Part shown: in pieces, positions 11,106 through 21,957 of the stretch | How positions within the stretch are numbered: position 1 is the stretch's first letter | Layout of the letters: the number at the start of each line of letters is the position of its first letter | Assembly: GCA_048013815.1 (NCBI GenBank) | Contig: CM106586.1 | Coordinates: 11,594,001-11,658,000, forward strand | Reading direction: 5' to 3' | From: Setoptus koraiensis | Lineage: Eukaryota > Animalia > Arthropoda | Length of the DNA stretch: 64,000 nucleotides | Program-made: the position numbers and the translations under genes | Notes under the pieces: model-generated | Seen by the model: only the letters and a program-made list of their open reading frames with translations | Database searches by the model: none | What the model was told of the DNA's origin: nothing

Positions 11106-12839
11106 CTAACACCAAGTGCTCAATAGAACCTTGTTGCCAACTCTCATGTCGTACGGTACCACAAATTGTACAATACGTGCCGACAATTCTTTCATGATGT
11201 ATTTAACGTAGAGACGATTCATCGGCAAAAGGGCGCCCTCCATTTTCCAATCCAAATGAGGTATACTCAACAGTGCTACACGAAGATAATTCAATTGATA
11301 TTTTTCTGGACAGTCAATCTCATGAGCTATAGTTTCTCCCAAAATAGTGCCTCCTAATTTTTGTTGAGCTGGTTTCATCAAAACGCTTGTTAGATCCTTT
11401 TGGTCTGTAAATTGTCTTTGTTTATGAAGACGTCTATTTTCGGCTACTATATTGACATCAATTGGCACGACTGGTTCCACTTGTGTTTGTTTGCTAATTA
11501 GCAGCTGATGACAATCCTTACGTAACATCCGCTGATTGAGTGTTATACGTGCTCTCAATAGTAGTTGCAATTTTCGCAGTGAAAACTCTAATGGGCCGCC
11601 AACTTCAATCGACATGGTATGGTCCGATTTGTATTCCAATTCACAATCAAATATCAGATTGTTGTCCCGCCCTAAATAACCGCTACGTTTATCGCCATCA
11701 ACAAACTTAACCCCAGTTATTCTGGGTATAGATTGACCTAATTCAAACTTAAACAGCTTCAAATTTAGTGGCAACCTCATTTTGGTTCTGTCCATCGATG
11801 GATGCCTATTTCTTCTATGAGATTTGCGCCTATTTATAGATCTACGGATGGTTGCTGAACGTAATCTATTTGCTTTCTGTTGCTTAGGAGATTTCGTCGC
11901 ACATGTTGCTTGCTTCAAACAATTATTCAAATTATTTTTTCTCACTAGTGTGCGATGTAAATAGGGCCTGATCGGTCTCAGTTGTCTTGCTGATAGCTTC
12001 CGTCTTTGATCTCTGAGAGCCATTATTAGTCGTTCGTCGCTACTAGGTGGAAACAGGTATTCGTTGATGAACGATTGCGACCAACAATATATTTTGTTCC
12101 ACAAAAAACCAGATCTTTTTATGTCTGCGGCACATTGATTGGCCGGCCGTTCGTTTGATCGCTCACTGAGCACAGGTTTCACTGACTGTTCTATATTCTT
12201 TTTCAACATAGGCCACAATTTATTAAATGCATCATTAATCCATTCGGCGTTCTCAATATCATTTTGTGTGTATTTCCAAGGTAGTCTACTGATGACACTA
12301 TGAGTTTCTTCATTAGTTAACAATGTTTTAGCCAATAAAGAGTTAGCTCTTCTAAATTCAACACATGTAACCTTTAAATCACTATAATAGTTACAAATTT
12401 CTTCGAAGTATTGCTTGAAACATCGTTTTATGAACGCTGGGATAATTGGAGATTTTCTGGTGGTACGTTGACCACTTCCAGTGCAACTTTCTACTGCGAC
12501 AATATTTGCTGTAAGCACTGACCCTATCTTACTAAATAAACTGTTATGCCTACAGTCGTGGTCTCTGTTTGAATCGGGAGTTGTCGATGATGATATGAAA
12601 TCGTATCTTGGTGTGAGCGATTTGATGGCGCTTACCGCAAACACTATCAATGAGACTAAAATTAGTTGACAAAACAGCCATAGACAACATTCTAACGTCC
12701 AAATTACTAAGGCAACAAAACGACTAGTCCATACTAGACAGATCAAATGATTCAAATGATCTGGTATATATATAAATAGGCCATAGCAAATGTATTTTAG
12801 GGTCTTGTAGACAATGCTCAACAAGTGGAGTAGCTGCAT
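11106..12839 (-). CDS. Divergent extended-synaptotagmin-like protein: N-terminal hydrophobic anchor plus SMP domain, no C2 domains
   Basis: SMP hallmark segments LPWKYTQNDIENAEWINDAFNKLWP, FKFELGQSIPRITGVK, LIFDCELEY, LRKLQLLLRARITL and PHLDWKM...FVVPY. Hydrophobic N-terminal about 70 aa. Confidence 0.75.
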   Translation of the reverse strand: MQLLHLLSIVYKTLKYICYGLFIYIPDHLNHLICLVWTSRFVALVIWTLECCLWLFCQLILVSLIVFAVSAIKSLTPRYDFISSSTTPDSNRDHDCRHNSLFSKIGSVLTANIVAVESCTGSGQRTTRKSPIIPAFIKRCFKQYFEEICNYYSDLKVTCVEFRRANSLLAKTLLTNEETHSVISRLPWKYTQNDIENAEWINDAFNKLWPMLKKNIEQSVKPVLSERSNERPANQCAADIKRSGFLWNKIYCWSQSFINEYLFPPSSDERLIMALRDQRRKLSARQLRPIRPYLHRTLVRKNNLNNCLKQATCATKSPKQQKANRLRSATIRRSINRRKSHRRNRHPSMDRTKMRLPLNLKLFKFELGQSIPRITGVKFVDGDKRSGYLGRDNNLIFDCELEYKSDHTMSIEVGGPLEFSLRKLQLLLRARITLNQRMLRKDCHQLLISKQTQVEPVVPIDVNIVAENRRLHKQRQFTDQKDLTSVLMKPAQQKLGGTILGETIAHEIDCPEKYQLNYLRVALLSIPHLDWKMEGALLPMNRLYVKYIMKELSARIVQFVVPYDMRVGNKVLLSTWC

Positions 12840-13159
12840 GTTGCCGTTTTATGCTGAGCATTTGATAATCTAAACAGTTTGGTCATATATTTTTGATGCA
12901 CTATAAAAATTATTTCTCTCGCGGTGAACATGTAGTGAACTAACCAAACGAGGGTGGCACAATCAATACTTACAAAACAAATTAGCAAAAACATGGTCTC
13001 GTGCTTAGATGTGACGACACGAGATATTTGGTTGCACATACAGCAGATAGGTTGCACTACAGGTAGATCCGAGACCTGAATTCCGAGTAAGTGATTAAAC
13101 AAACTTCCGGTTAACTGTTCAGATTACACAGATGTGATTTTTTGTTCGAGGTTGTGCTT

Positions 13160-15273
13160 TTAACTACTTAAACTGTGCTTCGATTTTTTGCTTGACCTTG
13201 GAATAGAGCTACTTTTGCTTTTTGACTGTGCAAGATATCGTGTCACATCTGTTAGAGATGGACTTGTTATCGTTTTTGTCGTAGAAGTTTTCTTCAGTGG
13301 ATATACTGCTGAGGACGAATCAATCGACTTGGAAAAACTTCCCAAACGTTTGGGGCTACTTGATTCGGACACACGCGACAGGCTAGGTTTTTTGTTCGGT
13401 TTTAGCTTACCGGGTAAGCTCTTCGACTTGATGGTGGTCTGCGTGTTTTGAGAGTTTTGATTTAGAGATTTTCTTGGCGATTGGTCGGTTGATCCGGACG
13501 CTTTTTTCAAAAAAACAGGACCTCGACTGAAAGAAGTCACATCAGAGGATCTCAGTGGAACTTCGGCAGATGGTATCGTGTTTCCACTGTCAGATTGTAG
13601 TCGGAGTTCTTTGCTCGAGTTGAAAGTTTTGCTTTGCGTCATTGTTGCCCCAGTATTGATCGTTTTTGAAGCGGACCTAGGCTTTTTCCCCACACTGTCC
13701 GATGATTTCCTTCTATCCACTCGATACACAAACTTCTCTTTAGGCATATTAGCTGCTGATTTTTGGCTGTGAGGCATGTAAAACTTTGACCGAGCAGCAT
13801 TTGGATTGACATCAACCGTTGCCTGGGCTTGTTGTTTCGTAGAATGCGATTCTGTCTTCGAGGTTTGCCAAGGTAACTGGGCCAGATCGAGATAAAAGAA
13901 GGCAATCAGTGTGAATATAATCATTAGAACCGCCACTGCAAGCAAAAATGATACAGTCACTAGGATAAGATTAATTAATGTGGCGGAACAATCAGGAAAA
14001 TCGTCCAATGTGAGATTGTTGAATGGTCGCTGCTCTGGATCACAGTTTAGGACTATCTGTTGCTTAATTAAGGCGTCTGCTCCGGCAATCCACTCGTTGC
14101 CGCAGTGGTAACAGTCAATTGGATTTGAATCGAGAAATAATCTGGTGTACCTAATATATTCATGGCCATTATAGCCTGATAATAATAAAGCTTCAAATAG
14201 TTCTTTATCTACAACAGTAAATTTGTTAGACTTAAGATTGATGAGTATCTTTGAGAAGTAGTTCTCGTTTACAAATGAAAGAGCTTTTGACGAGATCTTT
14301 TTCTTTTCTAAGGTGCAGTTAGATAATTCTAAATAGAAACTAGCATTCACTGGTTGAAATCTGTTCTCTTCAAACTCGATGAACGAATCATCGATTTGTT
14401 CCAATGGATTGTCTGTGAGCGTTATGCTGAGAACTCCGTTAATGTTTGGCGATTCTAGTGATCTCAATCAATATATTTGTTATCAGATGAAAAACAATAA
14501 GACAAAACATAACTACAAAGAATGATTGATTTTCCGCTTTATTCAAGCAGCGATTTACGATGTCATCAATTACAACTTTACTTGATCATTGATACGATTT
14601 GGAAATGTCAAAGATTATAAAACTCACCTCTTGCATAAAACATTCTTTTCTGTAACCTAACAATATTCATTTCGCTCAGTACGAGATGCCTAATATATCT
14701 ATTCCTGAACTGTATTCTATCGTTGCTGAATCTCAATCGCTCAACACCTGAGAGTTCCAGACGCGCCAAATCTCGAAATTTTCTGTCCAGTAAAATATCG
14801 AATAGTCCCTGAGATTCATTGATCCTACTCGAGCACATAATTAACGTTTTGATTCCCAGATTTTCAGATGTTTGATTAGCATTATTGATCGACATAAACT
14901 TATCTAAATTCAATTCATTGGTGTGACCAATGGTTAGTTCATTGATTGAATTCGGCAAAGGAAAAATTTCTATGTTTTTCCAATATATTGAACTGAAATC
15001 GATATAAAATAATCTCAACTTGCTGATCCTTATCGATGTATCTGATGTTATGGAGTCGTAGACCCTATCCCAAGTATCATTGTAACAATCCAAAGCATGC
15101 ACATCTCCCTCGGGTCTTTCACATGTCGGGAAGTTTTCGAATTTATTTTTCGTCAGTTTGCAACTCACATCCAGTGACAGTTGTACATCAATAACGACCA
15201 CCAGAAGATGTATGATTGCTGACACTATTGTTATACAATTGATTGTTTTTATTAAATAATTAACACTTATCAT
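13160..15273 (-). CDS. LRR-like single-pass membrane protein, probably 2 exons (15273-14628, 14454-13160), with Ser/Lys-rich tail
   Basis: Upstream ORF has a hydrophobic N-terminus and LxxLxL patterns. Phase-1 GAG|GTGAGT donor at 14627 and in-frame CACTAG acceptor at 14455. Downstream ORF has an LRRCT-like NPIDCYHCGNEW...C...C, a TM and a basic tail. The join is inferred. Confidence 0.65.
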
Positions 15274-15933
15274 TTCGAATCATTATATTGATGAATCATT
15301 AGCTCTGGTGGCATTGGAACCAAAAACAATTTGCAATACACAAGCTGAAGGTATCGGATCTATTGATTCCATCAAACCGCTGGAATGACTGTCTTCTGGG
15401 TATCATGAGCCAAACGAGAGAGGAAAATCCGTCATCTCAGGATCAATTTTTTCACGAAGGATTTAGCTTCGAAAAAAGACATATTGAGCAGAATTCAGAT
15501 TCTTTTATGATTACAGTGTATCAGTAAGTTTTTATCAACTGTCACCGAATCGATTTCGTGATGCACTGACAAGAGACAACTACGAATCCGACCGACCTCC
15601 TTAGCAAGCATTTTTCTTGTAGTTTGACTGGGCATATCTGTTACATGCTGTTGACGAAGCCTGCTACAACTTATCCCGCTGAAAAAAAAACTACACAAAT
15701 AAATCAGCATGTACGCATTACAACAAAAACGATCCGATCGCTGATAATCGTCTGTCGCGCACTGTTTGCCTCGTTCACTTCAGTCGGTCAGTTACAGTCG
15801 ATATGCAGTGAATGATTACATTGCATATCGAGTGAAAATTAGATGTAAAGCAATCAAGAAAAGATTTTAACGAGGAACAAAGAATGAAGACATTTGGCTG
15901 TTGGAAAAACAAGTGTCGGCTCTTGTATTTTTA

Positions 15934-18633
15934 TCACTTGGAGCTGGATTTACTACTACTACTACTGCTACTACTACTTTTACTACCACTTAAATTTGAC
16001 TTGTTGCGTTTAAGCGATCCTGATTTTCTACCGCCTAAATTTAAGCTAGCTTTAGAAACCTTTGGTGGTTTAGTAGAGCTTGGAGGTGATAAAGTAGCTG
16101 AAGAGGATCTCCTGGGAGCTGATTTAGACTTGCGTGTTGGCGATCCAGGGGACTTCGCCGCCACAGATGACCCAGAGGGTGATCTTGTGATTTTTTTTTG
16201 TGCTAGATTTTGCAGCGATTTGGATTTCTGTCTTGTAAGCCGAGTCCTTTGGTCAGTTCCTTTCCCGTCTGAATGCGGGTCCGATTGTGTCTTTATTTGA
16301 CTGCCGCTAGATTGAGAGCTGACGCTAGCTACAGGGTAATTGTGTGTTTTAAGGTTCCAGTTTTTTGTTCCGTTAAACAAACGATCATTCGCATGAAATA
16401 TCATCTTGGTTAATTGATCATTTATACTGTTCAAAGGCGTCGATGTTGTTGAACTTTGGAGAAAAATCATCATATTATATAACAGTGAACCATTGAAATA
16501 GTGACTCAATGTAAGTCGTTTGAAGGGATAATTGTAGAAAGCATTAAGTTCGCAGAAAGCCCTCGTGGTGCCAGATAACAACTCAATCAAATGAATTATT
16601 TGTATAGTGTTTTTCGAGTATTTTTTGGAATTGTTTGTATCCTTGTCAGATGACCCTGACCAATGTAATTGCATCGCCTTGCTATTGATAATTTTATCTA
16701 CTCTAGCCACCAATGGTCTGTTGAGTATTCGACTAGAATAGTACAGAAGCATATATAGTAGTGACTCTATAAATATTTTAAATAAAGGCGAATATCTCTT
16801 GGAGAATTCGTCATCTCCCTGACTTGCCTCAAATAAACAAAATCTCGCTAAAGAAATCATAATAGCCAATTGTTCACTTAGAGAGTCGATGTCATGATTG
16901 TGGTTAGTGACTGATGATGGTGAATTTTCGATGGAGCGCCGAAATGCCTGCTTTAATTCAGTAAGGCGCAACCAATCTGAGTCAAAACAGAAGGTTCTCC
17001 CAACAAGTTTTCTCGTCAATTCTTCATGAGGCTTCTTTTGACCCAGCGAAAGTTTGATTAACGATTCCCAATCCATTAGTTGCTGCTCTTTCGGCATAAA
17101 TTTTTCAGGCTGTAGCAAGATACATCTCTCTTGCATTAAGTGCTCAACTCGGTCGTGCATACAAATTTTAATCCGAGAAGAACTGTTTCGACCTTCGGTG
17201 ATCGTGGAAGATTTTGATTTTTCCAGAAGTTTATCTTTTTGCGATTGAGTTTTCACCTTAACATGGATCTGATCGAATTGAGCGGCCAACAAAACTTTGG
17301 CCCTGTCTCCCATCGAATTGGCACATCGTTTAGTTTTTTCGTCCTCTAAAATAACACTAGACGACATGTCGGCTTGCTGACCAAGTAGTGGCAGTAGAAA
17401 TTCGCCAGTCGTCTCTCTTTTAATCAAACAATCTTCTATGTATTGTATTACTAAATTTGTTAATGGATCAAGCAAGAGACCAGTCTTGCCACTCTTGTCA
17501 CTCGATGCGACTAAGCGTTTCATTTCACGACTATTATCTTTGGTGTAATCGTGATCATTGCTGGCCAAAATGACTCCCAGGCGGCGCTTGAAATCGGGTG
17601 CCACAATATATTCTAAAGTCATCAATTGGAAATCTATGTAAAATTTAGTCTTAGTTCTAAGGGATTCACCTCTAATAAGATTATCAACAATAGATGGCGA
17701 TTTATTGGCTAACCAAGCAATAATAAGCTCGATTCTTTTTGCGTAAATCCTTTTGAGTTTATTATCATCACAATTCTCTTTTATTGTTGGATCAGAATCT
17801 AGCTCTGTGGAACCGATATCAAGTTTTATTCTGGCTAAATTCGTACAATATTTTCGGATGAAATCGTTACGCATCAATGTCAACAAAAACGTACCCATTC
17901 TAACAGACAAGCCGGGATGCTGGTAAATAAATTCACAGTTGAAATATCTATGGTAGATGACATCTGCCTTGCTATTGTCTCTTAGTTGCCGGAGATAATC
18001 TAGAAAAAATCTATCAAACAATATGAAACCCTCTCGCACATCTATGAACAAAAAGTCGTACCTCTGTGTCATGACGGGACATTTGTTGTCTCTGGCCAAT
18101 TTCGCCATGACTGCATGAACCTCATAACAAGCCTGCACCACCACGGGATTCCGATTGCAACCACGTTGATCCGACAATGACCGTTCCGGTCGGCATCGAT
18201 CGTTGACAATTTGTTTGAAAACAATTAGAGCTAGATCTGCATTTGAATGTTTCCCTTCCACATGTTGCAATTGCTCGGCTAGTTGCCGTTGACGTCTTTC
18301 GTTTAACATTGTTTCCTTCGACGCAATTTTGCCAAATTTACTCTCTAATCTGGTGCCGTTGTACACGACTATTGGCTTGATTTGATGCTGCTCGAAAATG
18401 TCAAACAATTTATTGATCAATTCACCATAGAGAACATAGTTTGAAAATTGAGTCACATGGTTGACATCAGTAACGACGTTGTTGCTTTCGTCATAAGTTT
18501 GCATATAGCGATACAGACTCTTGGCAATGCTTGTGCCATCGAGTACAATCGTCTTCAAATTTTTAAAATTCACGTCTCTCCGTGACCACAAACCGCTGGT
18601 GAGCAACGGTCCCAGACAGGGGTTGTTATCCAT
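15934..18633 (-). CDS. Asteroid (ASTE1)/XPG-N PIN-like protein, probably nuclease-impaired
   Basis: IVLDG...NYVLYGELINKLFDIFEQHQIKPIVVYNG and VQACYEVH...LARDNKCPVMTQRYDFLFID match the Asteroid-family motifs (IDG, DY..F..FF..L...PYVVLDG, EAD, CPVLSSDSDF). 899-aa intronless ORF. Confidence 0.8.
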   Translation of the reverse strand: MDNNPCLGPLLTSGLWSRRDVNFKNLKTIVLDGTSIAKSLYRYMQTYDESNNVVTDVNHVTQFSNYVLYGELINKLFDIFEQHQIKPIVVYNGTRLESKFGKIASKETMLNERRQRQLAEQLQHVEGKHSNADLALIVFKQIVNDRCRPERSLSDQRGCNRNPVVVQACYEVHAVMAKLARDNKCPVMTQRYDFLFIDVREGFILFDRFFLDYLRQLRDNSKADVIYHRYFNCEFIYQHPGLSVRMGTFLLTLMRNDFIRKYCTNLARIKLDIGSTELDSDPTIKENCDDNKLKRIYAKRIELIIAWLANKSPSIVDNLIRGESLRTKTKFYIDFQLMTLEYIVAPDFKRRLGVILASNDHDYTKDNSREMKRLVASSDKSGKTGLLLDPLTNLVIQYIEDCLIKRETTGEFLLPLLGQQADMSSSVILEDEKTKRCANSMGDRAKVLLAAQFDQIHVKVKTQSQKDKLLEKSKSSTITEGRNSSSRIKICMHDRVEHLMQERCILLQPEKFMPKEQQLMDWESLIKLSLGQKKPHEELTRKLVGRTFCFDSDWLRLTELKQAFRRSIENSPSSVTNHNHDIDSLSEQLAIMISLARFCLFEASQGDDEFSKRYSPLFKIFIESLLYMLLYYSSRILNRPLVARVDKIINSKAMQLHWSGSSDKDTNNSKKYSKNTIQIIHLIELLSGTTRAFCELNAFYNYPFKRLTLSHYFNGSLLYNMMIFLQSSTTSTPLNSINDQLTKMIFHANDRLFNGTKNWNLKTHNYPVASVSSQSSGSQIKTQSDPHSDGKGTDQRTRLTRQKSKSLQNLAQKKITRSPSGSSVAAKSPGSPTRKSKSAPRRSSSATLSPPSSTKPPKVSKASLNLGGRKSGSLKRNKSNLSGSKSSSSSSSSSKSSSK

Positions 18634-19022
18634 TAATCCAGTAGTCTAGTTGGTGATCAACACGTTGGTTGCCAAAAATGATTCTCATCGCAAATTTGTC
18701 ATGGATTTTCAGAAGATTGGAACAAATACGTGACACACAGTACTTCATTTTCACAAAAGATTAAATGATAGCACACCAAATACTATCGTCAAGTAGGCGC
18801 GCGGAGTGCGACTAACGCTATTGTACGGAAAGCAGTCTCGTGACTACTGACTCGTAAAACAATCGTAGCATACAAGTGTAAATACAATTCCACTAAGGAG
18901 AAGATGAGGATAACTGTAGTCTGCGAGATAGAAGCGACTAGATTAAATCATTATATTAATTAGGTTGTATATTGTTTGTAAGGTCTATCTCAAGCGTTGT
19001 TCAGTAGAGTCACTATAACTGT

Positions 19023-20363
19023 TTGACTACTGGCCATTCATTTGAAATGATAAGCCAAGCAAATTCGGACGCTTCTGCGGACTATTATTCAAGAGGTTCC
19101 GAATCCGCAACCACCAATAATTCGCCGGCCACAACGAGAGATAATTCACCAGTCGCAACTCCGGCCGCAACGCCAGCCGCATCACCAGCACCATCATCAG
19201 CGACTTCCTCGGCAGACCAGTCACCTAGAGCCATATCGGCTGCCAGTAACAAGGAAGAACAGAAGAAGACAATGGCGAAAAAGACAGCTAGCTCTCAGAA
19301 AATTCCGCGAACAAAAAGCACAGCATCAAGTAGACAGCCCAGTGTCGCCAAAATTTCATCCAAAGCACGATCCGCGTCACCGGCCAGCTCGACAACGGGC
19401 TCAACTAGTTCGTCAACTTCTAATATTGAGGTGAAAACAGGGTCAGGTTCACGCCAAAGGTCGTCGCCGCTGAATGAAGAGGCCAGATATACAGTCAAGA
19501 GAAACCGAACAGTAGCTAGCCGTAGTAGCAGTGTTGGAGATGATGCCTCGTTGGCTTCGATAGGTAAAAAAGGGAGCAGAAAAGCTAGATCGAGAAAGCG
19601 ATCAAGTAGGGCGTCTTCTGCAGCTAGTACGCCTAGTCGGGCAGGCAGTCGTATCAATCGACGAGCATCGAGAGCTGACTCATCGTCGTCCTCGGCACCG
19701 AGTTTGGCCTCATTCCACCCGGGCGGAAAAAAGCCCCGTGTGAGCAGACGACGCGGAAATAAACAATTGAAAGATAAAAGTGTTCATTTGCATGCGAATG
19801 GGGCACCCAAGAAACCGCCAACTTCTTATGGTTTGTTTTTGCACAAGTTGCGTCAGATGAAGCCAAGGAAAAAGATGACATTCGAGTCATTCAATGAGAT
19901 GGCTAGGAAAAAATGGCGAGGATTGTCCGAGGCGCATAAAGACATATTTCGGGAAAGGGCAGAGGGCTTGCAAAAAGAATATATGCGAGCCAAACAAAGC
20001 TACCAGAGAAGCAAGCTCAAAAGATTGCGAAAGGATTTAGGTTCCGCGGTAGTTTCGCCGTCGCCAAAAGGTAGAAGAGGTAAAAGGAAAATCGATCGCC
20101 GACGAAGATCAGGCAAAACTAACTCTTTCATGTTATTTACCAAGGAAAAAAGGAGTGAAGTAACGGCTGAGATGCCGCATAAATCAACTGTTGCTCAGAT
20201 CGCCAAAGAGCTCGGAAAAAGATGGAAATCACTCAGCGAAAGTGAGAGACAATCTTATAAAGAGCGCGCCAAAAAGGAGGCTGAAAAAGCCGACAAACGT
20301 ATGGCTCAGCGGCTCAAGAAAGGCAAAGATCCCTATGTTCGAAAAGACAGGGAAATTGAATAG
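19023..20363 (+). CDS. Tandem HMG-box protein with a long Ser/Arg/Lys-rich N-terminus
   Basis: Box 1 PKKPPTSYGLF...ARKKWRGLSEAHKDIFRERAE; box 2 NSFMLFTKEKRSEV...AKELGKRWKSLSESERQSYKERA. No acidic tail. First ATG at 19050. Confidence 0.85.
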   Translation: MTTGHSFEMISQANSDASADYYSRGSESATTNNSPATTRDNSPVATPAATPAASPAPSSATSSADQSPRAISAASNKEEQKKTMAKKTASSQKIPRTKSTASSRQPSVAKISSKARSASPASSTTGSTSSSTSNIEVKTGSGSRQRSSPLNEEARYTVKRNRTVASRSSSVGDDASLASIGKKGSRKARSRKRSSRASSAASTPSRAGSRINRRASRADSSSSSAPSLASFHPGGKKPRVSRRRGNKQLKDKSVHLHANGAPKKPPTSYGLFLHKLRQMKPRKKMTFESFNEMARKKWRGLSEAHKDIFRERAEGLQKEYMRAKQSYQRSKLKRLRKDLGSAVVSPSPKGRRGKRKIDRRRRSGKTNSFMLFTKEKRSEVTAEMPHKSTVAQIAKELGKRWKSLSESERQSYKERAKKEAEKADKRMAQRLKKGKDPYVRKDREIE

Positions 20364-20617
20364 ATCTAGCGAAGAAAGCCCACCAGGGAGTATGACAGTA
20401 ATATATCGTATATATCTAGCACATATTATGAGAATTCGTTGCATCATTATTAACTGAGAAGACGCGACAAAAATTTCAAGACATTTACTACAGCTATTCT
20501 ATTGTCGCGCGAAAGATCAACACTCAAATATAGATTCAATATTTAAAAAGACTTCCGGAAAATAAACACACATATCAAACTGATTAAGAATTTTGTTTGC
20601 CTTTAGTCGAGAGTTCT

Positions 20618-21394
20618 CTAGCGAATCGAAGACATGATTTTGCCTGATTGGGCCAATTTAGTGAGGCCGGAATCTATATAGATTCTCATGCGTTCGGCCT
20701 GAATAGTTTGTTCTTCGATCACTTGATGCATTTGATTGGCCAGTTTTATTAGTTGCTCTATGCTATTGTCTATTTGGTAAAGCCAGTTGTCATTCGGATT
20801 GTAACGCTGATTCCAAAATTTGTCTATTTTATCTTGGGACAAGGGAGACAGGGTCGACACCATTAAGCCATCATTGTCATCATCGTTGGCATCGGATGGC
20901 TGTCCGTCCGTGGGGGTTTTTGTTGTTGTTTCATCAAAATAATCATGCAAATCTTCTAGATTTGAGCGAGTGGTCCCATTTTGACCGTTGTATGAGCTGT
21001 AAATATTTCTTTTTAAAACATGCTCTTGGTTACTCAAACAGCGACCGCAACAACAACAGCATGTCAGGTAATAGCAACAATAAGTGTTAATTCTCTTCAG
21101 ATACGACAAATCGGCTTGAGTTGTGTCAATTTTTTTGTTGATCAATGATAGGTTCTTCTCTGCACCAACAAGGAATTTCCCTTGATGCAAAAGATCATTT
21201 TGGGTTACATTGGCCAATTCAACAGTTCTTTTGGTAATGTTAGTGAGATCATTCTGGATTCTTTCGACATTGTCGAATGCAAATGTTTCAACCAATTTTA
21301 ATGTCTTCAATCCTTGTTTTATTGTTATAGTAGTAGCTTTCGTAGCTTTGAGTGCAGTACGGTCAGCTTTGGATTTTTCAGCTAATTTTACCAT
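20618..21394 (-). CDS. Divergent SNAP-25/SNAP-23-like Qbc SNARE
   Basis: Two SNARE-like heptad helices with zero-layer Gln (LLHQGKFL; IEEQTIQ), separated by a Cys-rich linker YCCYYLTCCCCCGRC. Confidence 0.8.
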   Translation of the reverse strand: MVKLAEKSKADRTALKATKATTITIKQGLKTLKLVETFAFDNVERIQNDLTNITKRTVELANVTQNDLLHQGKFLVGAEKNLSLINKKIDTTQADLSYLKRINTYCCYYLTCCCCCGRCLSNQEHVLKRNIYSSYNGQNGTTRSNLEDLHDYFDETTTKTPTDGQPSDANDDDNDGLMVSTLSPLSQDKIDKFWNQRYNPNDNWLYQIDNSIEQLIKLANQMHQVIEEQTIQAERMRIYIDSGLTKLAQSGKIMSSIR

Positions 21395-21957
21395 CTTGTG
21401 CTATCACCACATGAAAATACATTATTCTAGCCTGATTAAGACTTCAAGTCAGAAAAAGGATATGAAGATGGGTAAAACAAGCAGTAAAGCAAAGGCGTTG
21501 TTTAGCGATCTGTCGCGAGACTGCGAAGTCATGGAATCTCAAACAAGCAACCGCTAATACTAGTTCAGGCTTTCGAGGGTTCACCTCCCGAACATTTGAT
21601 ACACATTCGTATGATTCAGATGCGGGGCTTAGATGAAATGATAACTTTATGCGCCGAAAGATTATTTGTCGATTCCAGATTGAGCATTCAAAGGTAGCCA
21701 TCGCAACGAGTTGGCTGGCGCTCTTCAATTATCTGCCACAACTTGGAGAATTGTAGAGAAAAAAAACATGCCGATGAAATTTTAGTTCAGTAAAGTTCAG
21801 CAGTATTGAGAAACGAACCTTACGTCATGTTTATTTAAATTTTTTACCATCGATGAATTAGAGATTGCAGATGCCAAGGGGCTGAAAAGACCAATCATTG
21901 AGCCAATGGTAGGCGCATATATACTCAATTGTATAAGCTTTGCATACAAGTTCGATG

